Of a DNA stretch of 64,000 nt, positions 50,200 through 63,289 are shown piece after piece. Each line of letters opens with the position of its first letter. Within the stretch, counting starts at the first letter, position 1. Source of the DNA: Mobula hypostoma (taxonomy: Eukaryota); assembly GCF_963921235.1 (NCBI RefSeq), contig NC_086097.1:191458001-191522000 (forward strand), given 5' to 3'. A model generated the notes under the pieces. The model searched no databases and had not been told where the DNA came from. It was given only the letters and a program-made list of their open reading frames with translations. Made by a program: the position numbers and the translations under genes.

Positions 50200-50640
50200 T
50201 GAAAATAATAAGAGAAAAGGCAAAAAAAATGTGTCTGGAAATCAAGGACAAAAGCTGTGAAACATGTGAAAGTAATCGGGGGATAACAAGGTTGAGATGC
50301 TGTGGGAGGTAGTTTCCAATCACAGAGGTACAGGCCAGAAGGTGTAGAGGGACTGGAGCAGCTCAGTAGCAGAATTTTAAAGTTGAATATCTCTATTCCA
50401 TTCCCACTCCTGGTCTCCTCCTTCATGGCTTGTGTGGCACAACAATAAATAGTGGCTAATGATGGAGCCAAGCAAGTGGCGAACAAATGCCCAATGGGAA
50501 CTAGAGGCAAAAGGAGTCCATTCAGGATCTAACAGGTAAAAGGAGTTACTAGGTAAAAGGTTACTGAGGTTGGAGGTGATGATGTCACAGAGACAAACTA
50601 AGGTTTAAAGTCAATTCATTAAGAAATGAAAAATCATAGA
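50200..50640 (-). mobile_element. Ancient L2-like LINE remnant
   Basis: Diverged purine-rich tract (gtacaggccagaaggtgtagagggactggag...); recognised by eye only. Confidence 0.4.
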
Positions 50641-50660
50641 AAGCTTCAAAAGCACAGAGT

Positions 50661-51100
50661 CCATAAGACCATAAGATGGAGGAGCAGAAGTAGGCCATTT
50701 GTCCCATCAAGTCTGATCCACCTTTCAGTCAGAGGCTGATCCAAGTCTCCCAGTCATCCCCACTCCCCTGCCTTTTCCCCATACTCTTTGATACCCTAGC
50801 TAATCAAGAACCTATCTATCTCTGTCTTAAATGCACCCAATGAAATGGCCTCCACAGCTGCTAGTGGCTACAAATTCCAAAGATTTACCACCCTCTGGCT
50901 AAAGTAATTTCTCCTCATCTCTGTTCTAAATGGACATCCTTCAGTCCTGAAATTGTGCCCTCTTGTCCTAGACTCCCTTACCATGGGAAATAACGTTGTC
51001 ATATCTAATCTGTTCAGGCCTTTTAACATTCAGAATGTTTCTGTGAGATCCCCCCTCATTCTCCTGAACTGGAATACAGCCCAAGAGCTGCCAGATGTTC
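50661..51100 (-). mobile_element. CR1 3' end
   Basis: (ccataaga)n tail, ggagcagaagtaggccatt, and gagatcccccctcattct (reverse of RMRGDL). Confidence 0.88.
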
Positions 51101-52029
51101 CTCAAACCATGGCATGGACTCTGACTAGCTGAAGATATAGGCCACAGTTTTTGGATGTTGGAATTCATGAAACCAAATTGACTAAATATCTGATCGTATA
51201 TTTTACAATGATTTGGAAATCCCAATGGTTCAGCATCTGGCTCACCAGGAAATGTTTGCAGCATTCCATTCTGACTCATCTCAGTTCCCAAATTCCATTT
51301 ACACTCATTTGTTCCCCCCAGTGCCTCCACTCCCTTTGCATTTAAAATAGCCTCAATTTCCATGCTCCCATTCAATCCTTCAAGAATCCTTTTTCATTTC
51401 ACTTTAAACTGACTATTTTAAATTCACTGGGTTCACAGGAAAATTTATTATAATATTATGGAACATCTAAAGCAATCGGTTTAAAATGTATTGGGGAATT
51501 AATAAGAATAACATCCAATTCTCTGGAAAACTATTTTTTGGCCACTAGAATCCTAACATTTATTGCGAGTCACAAAGTACTGGAGCAAGGTGTTGAAATG
51601 TGTATTCAGATTTCACACAGATGACTTTGAAGGCTAATAGGCAAGACAGTAAGGCGCAGAGTTATAATTTTAACTGTTCAGGAGGGATTGCATCCAGTTT
51701 TGGGCTCCACAAATTCTGGTTCCCTAGAAATTGTTTCTCAGAAGTGAAAGCATTTATCAATTGACTTGTTAGAAGTGACAGAACAGAAGCAGACCACTTA
51801 AGTCTCTCAAACGTGTTCTACAGTTAAATCAGACCAAGGTTCTGCTTGAGATAAAAGCAATATCTTACAACACTGTATGTGTAAAGGAAGTCTTTGAAGA
51901 GGTATTACTCTATTTCTTTCTTGAAACAATCAGTGAAGTAAGCTGAAAGGATTAAAATAGATTGCATACTTCCACATGGACATAGCACCATAACCGCCTG
52001 GGTAGTTCTTGGTGTCTTATGTGAACTAA

Positions 52030-53560
52030 AATTTCAAAGTAAATTTATTATCAAAGTGCATATACGAGGGGTGCTTCATAAGTTTGTGGCCTAAGGTAGA
52101 AGGAGTCAATTTTAGAAAACCTAGCACATTTATATTTCAACATAGTCCCCTCCTACATTTACACACTTAGTCCAGTGGTCGTGGAGCATACGGATCTTGG
52201 ACCTTCAGAAAGTGTCCACAGCAGGGGTGATTGATAAGTTTGTGGCCAAAGGTATAAGAAGATGAGTTATACAGCTCTCATTACATGCAAATGAAGTTCA
52301 ACTCTTTGAGTGATTATGCAGAAAGTTTGAAGTTAATAACTCATCAGGGGTGATTGATAAGTTCATAGCCTAAGGTAGAAGGATATGAGTTATTAACTTC
52401 AAACTTTCTGCATAATCACTCAAAGTGTTGAACTGCATGTGCATGTATCGAGAGCTGTATAACTCATCTCCCTCTACCTTAGGCCATGAACTTATCAATC
52501 CCTGTTGTGTCCCTGCTGTGGACACTTTCTGGAGGTGCAAGATCTGTCTGCTCCACGACCACTGGACTAAGAATGTAAATATAGGACGGGACTATGTTGA
52601 AAAATAAATGTGCTAGGTTTTCTAAACTTGACTCCTTCTACCTTAGGCCACGAACTTATCAATCACCCCTCGTATGTCACCATATACAATGCTGAGATTC
52701 ATTTTCTTGTGGGCTAACTCAATAAATCCAAAACACATGAGAGAATCAATCAAAGACAGTACCAACATGACAGACAACCAGTGTGCAAAAGACAACAAAC
52801 TTTGAAAGCACAAAAAGAAAAAAAAGAAATAATAATAACAAAAAGAAAGAATAAATATTGAAAACATGAGATGAAGTGTTCTCGAAAGTGAGTCCATAGA
52901 TTGTGGGTACAGTTCAGTGACGGGGCAAGTGAAGTTGAGTGAAGTTATCCTCCCTGGCTCAAGAGCCTGCTGGTTGAGGGCTAATAACTGTTTCTGAACC
53001 TGGTGGTGTGGGTCCTGATGGCAACAGCAGGAAGAGAGTATGACCTGAGTGATGGGGGTCCCTGACGATGGATGTTGCTTTCCTGTGACAATACTCCAGG
53101 TAGATGTGCTCAATGGTGGGAAGGGATTTACCTGAGATGGACTGAGACGCATCCATTACTTTATGGAGGATTTCCGTTCAAGGGTATTGGTGTTTCCATA
53201 CCAAGTGGTGATGCAGCCAGTCAACATACTCTCCACATCTAGAGAGGTTTGTCAAAGTTTTTGATGTCTCAGCAAATCTTCACAAACTTCAAAGGAAGTA
53301 GAGATGCTTTCAGGCTTTCTTCATAAGTGTGCTGGGCCCAAGACAGGTCCTCTGAAATTATAACATCGGGGAATTTAAAGATCTTGACCCACTGCAACTC
53401 TGATCTTCCAATGAGTACTGGCTCATGGACCTCTGGTTTCATCCTCCTGAAGCCAATAATCAATTCTTTGGTCCTGACATCGAGTAGGAGGTTGTTGATG
53501 TGGCACCACTCAGCCAGATTTTCAATCTCCCTCTATATGCTGATTCATTGCCACCTTTGA
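52030..53560 (-). mobile_element. Rex/Babar-type LINE fragment whose tail is interrupted by a mariner MITE
   Basis: Minus ORFs KATSIVRDPHHSGHTLFLLLPSG and FKFPDVIISEDLSWAQH; tail ttcaaagtaaatttattatcaaagt at about 52032. Confidence 0.85.
52065..52672. mobile_element. Palindromic Tc1/mariner-type MITE, TA TSD
   Basis: TA|CGAGGGGTG...CACCCCTCG|TA; arms of about 280 bp are reverse-complementary. Confidence 0.92.
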
Positions 53561-54617
53561 TTCAGTGGTGTCATTATTGGAATTCACTCACAGTCATGAA
53601 TTTGAAGGGGTTCTATTTCCTCAATGAACCTTTATCACAGTTAAAGGTTGCATGTTTTCCATATTACAAAGCCACTGGGACTGAAAAGTATGTAACTGAT
53701 TGTTCAGCACTCCATAAGGTTCTGAAAGGGTTAGGAAATCTGATTTGTGGCTGCCAGCCTTTCCATCACAGTTGAATCATTCAATCCTCATCTCTGAATC
53801 TTTCTTGCCTTTGCCCTGAAATCAGTGTCGCTTAGTAAGGTTCCATTTCATGGAAACTACCATTTTTTCCTCCATAATGCCTCTCCAAACCTATGCAAAA
53901 AATAACTTAAATTCAGTTGAATTTCTTATGGTAACTCATCGAAGATCATCATCAGGATAGGGTAGTGATATCACTTTCACATAGAGGTCTAATGATTACC
54001 CAGTGCAATTGCACTAGGAATCCAATCAATCTGTTATATATTTGAGGACTGGAATATTTGAAGACTATGTGACCATGACAGACTTTGCAGTCAAACCTTA
54101 CCTCCACTTGTGGGCATATTTCAGCAGCGGCCACTGAATGAAGACTAGAAATGAGAGACCTGATATTACATTAAATTTCATAGGTCCATGTGCATTAAGT
54201 GCAATTTCACTCTCCTTTCACACTTCCTGGTAATCTGGCTGGCCTTGGCAGCACAGAAGTAAATCCAACTTTTGTACACTGTGATCTATCAACCGGTGAG
54301 AGAAAGTCTAACATATTCTTTAAACTGTATCCTTCATCCTACTTGCTTTACAATTAACATTTTATTCAAATCATTTTTATGAAGTCATTTATAAAGCTTT
54401 AGTTAACAAAGCTAAAACTAATTTAGAAGGGGGATAGAAACCAGAGGGATAGGGGTGAAGATGGGGCATTTGGTATGCAAGTAGATAGAGTCATAGAGCA
54501 CAGAAGCAGGCCCATCAGCGCATCTAGTTCATGCTGAAGGAGCCTAATGTCTGGGAGAATAAAGCTGGGAACTTAATGTCTAAGAACACACTTCTGCCCC
54601 CCCCCTCCCCCCCCCCA

Positions 54618-55105
54618 GAACATGAGATGAAGAGTCCTTGAAATCTAATTCGTAAGTTGTGGGAACAGTACTCAACTTCACTTTCCCCCATCATTGTAAA
54701 GCTATCCCCTCTGATTCAGGAGCCTGGTGGTTGAGGAGTAATAACTGTTACTGAGCCTATTGGTTGGAATCCTGAGGCTCCTTTACCTTCTTCCTGATGA
54801 CTGTACTGAGAAGAAAGCATTACCTGGGTGGTGGGATCCTTGATAATGGAGGTTGCTTTCCTGTGACAGCGATGAATGTAAATGAAGTCAATGATGGGGA
54901 GGGCATTACCCGTAATGGACTGAGCCATATCCACTACTTTGCATTGGATTTTCTATTCAAGGGCATTGGTGTTGCCATACCAGGCTGTGAAGCAGCCAGT
55001 CGATATACTCTCCACCACACATCTATAAGTTTTAGATGTCATGCCAAATCTTCACAAACTCCCAAGGAAGTAATGGTGCTGCCACACTTTCTTCATAATT
55101 GCACT
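54618..55105 (-). mobile_element. Rex/Babar-type LINE fragment
   Basis: Minus ORF AQSITG.ALP.I..IY..RC.RKATSIIKDP. Confidence 0.8.
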
Positions 55106-55109
55106 TAGG

Positions 55110-57043
55110 AAGCTGGAAAGAATGTAACAAAGATTTAAGAGAATATGTCCTGGATTCAAGCGCCCTAGATATCGAGAGAGGAGAGGCTGGGGTGACTAGG
55201 GTATTATTTCTTGGTTCATAGGGGACTGAAGGGTGACTTAATAAAGGTGTGTAAAATTATGAGGGCATACGTAAGGTGAATGGACACAGTCTTCTGTCCA
55301 GGGAAAAGGAAGCAAAAACTAAAGGGTATAGGTTTAAGATGAGAGGGGAAAGATTTAAAAGGGATCCGAAGGGCAACTTCTTTTTTTTATTACTAATTTT
55401 TTATTTCAACACCAACAAATGATATTCAATACCACCAACTGCCAATTACATTTTGACTGTTTAACCCAGCCACCCCCCAACCTTCATCACCAGCCCCCCT
55501 CCACCCCTCTCTCCCTCCACATCCCTCTCCCCTCCACCAACCAACTGAATAGTTGTGCGTACACAGACAAAGCATTCCTATTTTAACAAAAGATCTTTTA
55601 AGTTAGATATCAAATTTGTCCACATTAAGATTGTGTTTGGTCGTGCATCATTTACTCTTGCTGATGTAAGCTCCAGGAAAGAAATGTCCAAAAAGCTCCG
55701 AAGCCAGTGAGTATCTGAAATATCATGAGGAGGATTCCGACAATCTTCTTAGCTGCAGTCAGGCCTGCCAGCCAGACTTTGCGCATTTTTTTCAGTAAGG
55801 GAAATGTGGGAGTCATCATTCAGAAGATGTACAGCAGGGTCCATTGGTAACTGTACCCCTGTTAATACTGTAAGAGTACTGATAACCTTTCCCCATAAAC
55901 CAAAAACCCCAGGACATTCCCATACAACATGTGTAAAAGAGCCAGTGGTTCTGTGGGGGCAAAATGAGCAATATGGGTCAGGAACCAGGCCCATTTGATG
56001 TCTAATTCTCGGTGTCAAATATGCTCTATGACAAAATTTCAAGTGTATATTTCGATGATTTGGGTTTTTCGAAGCACCGGCAGCATTACCCCAAATCGCA
56101 TCCCAGTCTAAGTCTTATCCCAATTCAGATATGTCCCTATCCCAGGCTTTCATTTCTGATGTGGGCATATATATCTGGGAGTTTAATTTATCATAGATAT
56201 ATGACACTATCTGTTCTGGAGCACTCTGTATCCAACTTAAAATGGGATCATCCTTTAAATCTGACCCCTAGGGAAAGCCGTAGGCTTTACAAGCTGATCT
56301 TACTCTAAAGTAGATGAAAAGAGAGTGTTTATCAATATTATATTGAAATATCAGTTCTTGAAAGCTAAGAATAGTACTTGCTCCATTAATATCTTGAAGA
56401 GTAGTAATACCTTTATCCTCCCAAGTTCTGTTAGTGAATGGTTTCCCCCCAGATAGAAAATGATTATTGTTCCATGGAGATGATTTGCACCATATGCTTT
56501 TAAATTTTAGGAATTTTTCTGCTGCTCTAAACACTTGTAGCACATGGGTTAAAATTGGACCATAATACAAATCACATTTTTTGGTAGACATGCCTATAAG
56601 GAGAAAGTCCTTCAACCTTATTGGTGCTATTAGCTCTTGTTCTATATTTTTCCATGATGAAACTTTATCCTCCTCCATCCAATAGCTGAGACTTTTTAAT
56701 ACAAATGCCCAGTGATACAATTTAAAATTTGTACGTGCCAATCCCCCATCCGACTTTTTGAATTGTAGAGCTGACCACTTTATATTGGGTCATTCACCAT
56801 TCCAAACATAGCATCGTAGTAAGAAGTCCAGTTTTTTGAAGGGCAACTTCTTCACACAGAGGGATATGAGTTTATGGAATGAGCTGCCAGTGAAAGTGTT
56901 TGAGTCAGGTACAACAAAAACAATTTAAAGACAAGTAGATATAAGAAAAGGTTTAGAGTGACATGGGATTAGTTTAGGTGCTCATAATAGACAACATGGA
57001 TGAACTGGGCTGTGCTGAATTATTCTATGATTCTATGACTCTA
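55110..57043 (+). mobile_element. CR1 3' fragment split by an L1 insertion
   Basis: ..ctgaagggtgacttaata..gaagggcaacttctt | cacacagagg..tggaatgagctgcca; (ttctatga)n tail. Confidence 0.85.
55383..56837 (-). mobile_element. 5'-truncated L1-clade LINE (ORF2 C-terminus with CCHC zinc knuckle), 15-bp TSD
   Basis: TSD gaagggcaacttctt at 55368-55382 and 56838-56852; poly(A) appears as a T-run; GLARTNFKLYHWA; KFCHRAYLTP...CSFC...H..WECP. Confidence 0.92.
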
Positions 57044-58448
57044 CCAATCTCTTCATGGCCCCAAGTAAATAAAGGGCCCCTCAATCATCAACATGCTCAC
57101 TATTACTTTTAAGTCTTTGAAACATCTCATACCAGCTCAACATAACATCCTCATCATTCACCAAAAATGCTCCTACATTACAAACTGTCCTGAAGACTTT
57201 CTTTCACTTTGTTGCTTATAGTTTCCCCTTTGTTTACAGTAAACCACAAATAGTTGGATGGAGGATGCTTGTCCAGGCTGAGAAGTGAAGAACTAGATTC
57301 TCAGTCTCAGAATAAGGAATCAGCTATTTAGGAATGAGAAAAGGAGAAAATTATTTACTGAGAGAGTAATGACTCTTCTGTTTTTTTTTAAATTTTAGAT
57401 GACTAACGGTTTAGTCATTGGGTTTATTCAAAATATTTCTGGATATTATGAAGGATGTGGAGAGAGTGGAAGTAAGTTCCTGTGAGGTAGAAGATCAGCC
57501 ATGAAGATCGGAAAGATTGGAAGTTTGCTTGAGGTACATCTTCATCTTCATCCCATGTGAATGAATTGAGCAGTTTGTATTGCCTGCCATATGATCTAGT
57601 TGATATTCATCCAATAATTCATAACAGCATCAGCAGCAAAGAAACGTGAGAACATGTAAATTAGTAGCAGGTGCATGGCGTTTGGCTCAATGATCTTGGC
57701 TGAGTTTCTACCACAGCAACACTTCCTTGAACAGTGCTCATTTCCCTTGATACCCATAATATCCACACCATACAGAAGATAAACTCTGGATTCATAATTT
57801 TCTGCATTAGAAATCATTATTGTCCTCTGAAATATTATTGCGCGTAACTCACACTAAGCGGTATTTCAAAGGGGCAAAGTTGCTGTCTGTTGTTTAAAGC
57901 TTGTAACAATCATATCAGAGCTAGGAGTTTTCCCTGATTATTACCATTCCCTAATTCAATCTGCTTATCTTCAGTTGATGCATAAAAAGAGCTTTTTGAT
58001 TTGGACCGTTCACATAGTAACTACTCTTCAAAAATTCTGTTAAAGATTCTGGAAATGGTTGTAAATACTTTCAGCATTTTATTGATTTTGAAATGAGTTA
58101 TGAATTGAATAAATTATGCATTCTGCTGATGTCTATTTACTATGCATTATCTGTTCCTATGTAATGGTCTTCGTCAGCTGAAGTTTCCCTTAGAGATGAC
58201 TTTTTTAATATCCATAATATAAAATAATAAATTGAGAAAAAATTTGGGAGCAACTACCCCAGACAGTAGTGATAATATGGAATAACTTTTCACATGGAAT
58301 ATGTACCTTTGAGGTAACTGCATTTAAGAGGAAGGATTATGATTGAGAATTTAGAGAAAAATAATACCAAGAGGCTTACGTCATGCATAATGACAAACAT
58401 AAGCCAACTGCATTGTTTCATTGCTGTGCATTCTAACATAGTGTGTAT

Positions 58449-58833
58449 GGTACTGTGCAAAAGCTTTAGGCACCCTAGATTTTTTCTATGGTTTTAGGTG
58501 ATATGGTGCCCACAGAGCACTGATCTCAACATCATCAAGGCTGTCTGGGATTACCTGGAGAGACAGAAGCAAGTGAGATAGCCAAACTCTGAAGAAGAGC
58601 TGTGGCAAGTTCTCCAAGATGCTTGGAACAACCTAACAGCCAACTTTCTCATAAAACAGCATGACCGTGCATGCAAGAGAATTGATGCCATTTTAAAGGC
58701 AAAAATTTAATTTAGTTTTTCTGCTGTTTACTGCTCTTCATAGTAATTGTTTTGATATTTAGAAACTTTTCATTTTGTTAATTTTGAAAGCATCTTTGAT
58801 TTACAGAACTTTTTTTACATGTGCCTAAGACTG
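58449..58833 (+). mobile_element. Internally deleted Tc1-like transposon remnant
   Basis: tactgtgcaaaag.tttaggcac ... gtgcctaagact ends; internal WCPQSTDLNIIKAVWDYL resembles the Tc1 WP.QSPDLN.IE..W motif. Confidence 0.8.
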
Positions 58834-59099
58834 TATTCTGTCATCAAATTTAACACTTAAAATATGGTTCAACATTGATTTTTAGTGCTTGTCCAACTAG
58901 ATTTAAAAGTACAATGAGAAACAAAAAGGTCTGTCTGCCTCCACTGCAAAATATGATAGTAATATACTAGTTGTGTGACACACTATATTTGTTTCAGTCT
59001 TTTCTTTATTTTACATGTGTGAATAAGAAGTATCAGGATCTAGAATAATGCTGTATAGGATGAAATTCCGGAATCCAGTTCTAAAACACATAAGCAAGG

Positions 59100-59380
59100 C
59101 CAGCACAGGAGCACTAAAAGATGACATTTCAAGATGAAGCAAATATGCCTGTGTAACTTGATATACAAGTTCCTATGCCAATATTTTGAAGAAAACAGAG
59201 AACTGCCTTGGTGTCCTGGTCTTTTTGTCTCAATTAAAAATATTCATTCAGTTTGGGTATGTAGAACCCAGCTCCTATTTTTAGAAGATGTTTTTAGAAG
59301 ATAGAAATCATACAAAACTTCATAATCTAACTTAATGGCTGCAAATTGATTGAGATATCTCAAGGATATGATAAGATGTT
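59100..59380 (+). mobile_element. Ancient Deu-domain SINE remnant
   Basis: cctatgccaatattttgaagaaaacagagaactgccttggtgtcctgg resembles the Deu domain. Confidence 0.5.
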
Positions 59381-62326
59381 GCAATATGTGTTTTTTATTA
59401 ATTTAATTACAATTATTTCAACCTACCAACATAATAATGTAAAATGAAATTGTACTTCTTAAGGATGGACTATGTTCACACAGACCCTCAGGAGGAATAT
59501 AGCAGATCAATAGTCTCGCAGGTACAAGCACATAGTTGTATACAAAATGTTACTCAAAATCTAATCTTAATTGAGTAAAAAAATACCGCGCCCAAGGGCT
59601 CATTGGTAAAATCTATTTAACAGAAAGTTATTATTGACTGGATATCCAGGATAACTTTTACATATAATCTTGTCAGCAGCTGCTATACACACACTGCTGT
59701 TGACATTTTACACCCTCTAGCAAAATAAAGACAATTCACTCACCTACTATTAGTAATACAACCAATATTAAGAGCATATTGGGCCAAATCTCAATTTCAA
59801 AATTACCATGAGGCCAACAGGATTTGCTGTTACTTATCTGTAAATGGCAAAGTATCTTCAGGCACAGAGCTGATGTGCGAATTATGAAAATCTTGTGGCC
59901 ACCATGCAAGTTGTGCCACTTGGCAACTGATTTTGTGGAAAAGGATCCTGCCCTACCGTTGACATGTGCTGAATGTTGCATAGCTGTTAATTGTTTTTGT
60001 GCAGTAGATTGGAACTAAATCTAACACAGATACTTAATGTTATCAGTTGCTATCTTAAGTACCCTTTTAATGATGCGATAAGTGTTAATATCTGCATGTT
60101 AACCTTTCTGATTTATAATTATCCATGACAATATGAAGTCTCATTCTTCCCATTTTGTAGTTTTGGACAAATTTTTGGAAAAAAACCAAATTTTAATTTT
60201 GTTTTCTTATTTTTCCTTTCTGTCTTCCCCCCTCTTTTCATGCAAAATTCCATTTCCAATATTAATCATCTATCTGTATTTGATTAGTCATCAAGTTTCA
60301 AACTTTAATTCATCCCATCTCAATCCTTCAGCTCTGTTTTCTCAATTCCTGAGTATTTTATTTTCTTTGCTTTCTATGTTAGCAGCTCCAATTTCAGCCA
60401 TTCTGCAACAAAATGCTTTGATGTGAAGGATGTGGGACTGGCCTAAATAACTATTTGCATAGTTTTATGTTCATTATACATTCACAGTTCATCATACATG
60501 ATACTATTTGCTAAATAACTGTCAGTTTAATGGGACCATTATACAATTTATACATATTTGTCTTGCTATTCCTTTTTTTTACCTTTTATGGTTTTTATTT
60601 GTGTACAAGGACAAATATTCAGAAATGGTTAGGATTTCAAGGAACTTTACCAGGTCTTTTTCCATGTTACTACCACTGGAGATCTATGCCTTAACCATAC
60701 ACAAAGTCAAGTCTATGGCTTCCGCCTTTTGTTTGAACTAAAGCTATGTTCTACTAACTTTGAGAGGGTTAGGATATGAGATGGTATTGTTATTTCTACA
60801 AGAACTCTGCTTAGATCCCATTTTAAATACTCAGTTCAAGTTTGAGAACCACACTTTAGGAGGAATATACTGACCATGAAAACATAGCATTTATTCCTAT
60901 GGAGAATGTAGAGCACCAATGAGTTATGACATACAATAAGTAAAATAGTTTACTTGTGACTGAAGTTATTTAAATCCATTCTGATTCTTCCAATAGTATA
61001 ACAGCATTAGTGAAAATCACATTTAATTTATTTTATTGCCTTAATAACTTTCAGACAATTCTATTATAAAGACTAAAGACAAAATGGACTAGGTCCTTGT
61101 AATTCTAAACAACTAAAGGAAACACACTCAAATTTCATAACAGCTTAAATCCTGCTCATCAAGATGCCTTTGAGACAGTAGTTACATCTTTTTATCTGTT
61201 TCACTTTAGCATTGTACTGTTGTTGAGTTTGTTTTACACGCACAAAATTGTTTTGTAAGTTACGCAACAGTGAGCTGTCAGTTCTTAGCATCTGAGGAAT
61301 TGATATTATTACCTTCCCAAAATAATACACCTTTTAGCAGAAAGTGACTTAGCAAGATGAACTTTTAAAAAATACAAAGTATCTTAGCATCATATTGACC
61401 ACTCTATGCTGACCCAGGTTTTGACAATAGGACAACTATTCTGAATTAATATGCCTTACGGAAAGGTTTGCCTGCCAGAAGCACATCTGGAACAGGTGTA
61501 TTGCACACATTGTATTATTTTTCTGGCATAAACATGAAAAATCATGCGTGACATATTGTGAGGCTCCATGCTGCAAGCTGGTATCCCAAAATTCATGCCT
61601 GGTGTGATGGACATGGATAAAACGAAATACATTTGTTGAGCCACTGAAGAAAGTTATTAGTCAGCACTGTGGGATACACAACACAGTAGAATGAACTTGA
61701 AAACACATTATAAAATCCATTTCATCAGCTTTCATTCTGCACAGAAGAAACTGGCTGCTGTCTGAGACTAGAGAGAATTGGATTTAGTTTTTTGTTACCA
61801 ACAACTAAACAGGTAAATCTACTGGGCTCTACAGTCCATATGCACTCAGATAGTAATATTGATAAATTATTGAATTCACAAACATTTTCAACAAAGTAAA
61901 TTTATATCAGTCAGTCTGCATAAGGGAGTCATGAATAGTCCTTTCAACCCATGAGCATATAATGTCATTCACTATGCTCAGTTTTGTTATTTTCAGTTGG
62001 CTTAACCTTGACAGTCGCTGGAGAGAGTTGCAAATTTCTGCTTTTTTTTTTGCATGAAGATTTGACTTCTTTATTGCCACTGAAAGGCCTGGTATTGATT
62101 TTAAAATTATATCAACTCCCCAACCCTATATTTGGACCCTTCCCTCGATGAAAAGGTGTTCATGAATCTGATCAATCGCTAAGTTATCTCAAAGGCCTCA
62201 AAATAGATTCTCTTGGAATCTGAAGGAAATGCCTGATAGACATTGCATCCTGTCATCATAATTTTTGTTCCCTGCAGAAAATGATCATAACTTTTATATA
62301 TCTGTCCTGAGGTATAAAATTTCCTT

Positions 62327-62424
62327 AATATATATATATATATTTATATATAAAATACACACACACACATATATATATATTATATATATATATATATACA
62401 CACATACATATGTACACATATATA
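62327..62424 (+). repeat. (TA)/(CA) compound microsatellite
   Basis: Direct reading. Confidence 0.9.
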
Positions 62425-62431
62425 AAAAGTA

Positions 62432-62975
62432 TTCCCATTCCCATTCTGACATGTCTATCCACGGCCTCCTCTACTGTAAAGATGAAGCCACACTCAGGTT
62501 GGAGGAACAACACCTTATATTCCGTCTGGGTAGCCTCCAACCTGATGGCATGAACATCGACTTCTCTAACTTCCGCTAAGGCCCCACCTCCCCCTCGTAC
62601 CCCATCTGTTACTCATTTTTATGCACACATTCTTTCTCTCACTCTCCTTTTTCTCCCTCTGTCCCTCTGAATATACCTCTTGCCCATCCTCTGGGTCACC
62701 CCCCCCCCTTGTCTTTCTTCCCGGACCTCCTGTCCCATGATCCTCTCGTATCCCCTTTTGCCTATCACCTGTCCAGCTCTCGGCTCTATCCCTCCCCCTC
62801 CTGTCTTCTCCTATCATTTTGCATCTCCCCCTCCCCCTCCAGCTTTCAAATCCCTTACTCACTCTTCCTTCAGTTAGTCCTGACGAAGGGTCTCGGCCTG
62901 AAACGTCGACTGCGCCTCTTCCTATAGATGCTGCTTGGCCTGCTGCATTCACCAGCAACTTTGATGTATGTTGGT
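62432..62975 (+). mobile_element. Young 5'-truncated PLE (EN C-terminus and pLTR), 11-bp TSD
   Basis: TSD tataaaaagta at 62421-62431 and 62976-62986; encodes LRLEEQHLIFRLGSLQPDGMN; pLTR nearly identical to 13489-13583. Confidence 0.93.
62876..62911 (+). ncRNA. Minimal type-I hammerhead ribozyme motif, best copy; predicted cleavage after C62907
   Basis: agtc CTGACGA agg gtctcgg cct GAAA cg TC gact: helix I agtc/gact, helix II agg/cct, palindromic ACGT in place of helix III, GUC triplet. Confidence 0.8.
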
Positions 62976-63289
62976 TATAAAAAGTAGTACTGGTTTTTGA
63001 TCTTAAAAGTGTTGGGGTATAAAGATTCTTAAATTTAGTTGGTCCATAGTTCCTTGCAATCTATTTCTTGGGTCCAAACAGGATGAGTCACACTTTCCAA
63101 AACTGAACTCCATCTTCAGCACTTTTGTGTTAGAAATATATGAAATTCTCTTTGAAAATTGCCATTCCATTTAAGTTAATGTTGTTAGCAAATTAACTTC
63201 TGTTCCTTTATCCAGGACAATACAGTGAAAAGCCTCAAGTTCTATCCTGTCAATAAGTTCAAGTTATCCTTATTCTTAATCAATTACAC

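Noticed and set aside
61456..61600. Possible minus-strand exon (cag|...|gtaagg) open in two frames
   Set aside because: No recognisable protein, weak polypyrimidine tract and no partner exons identified.
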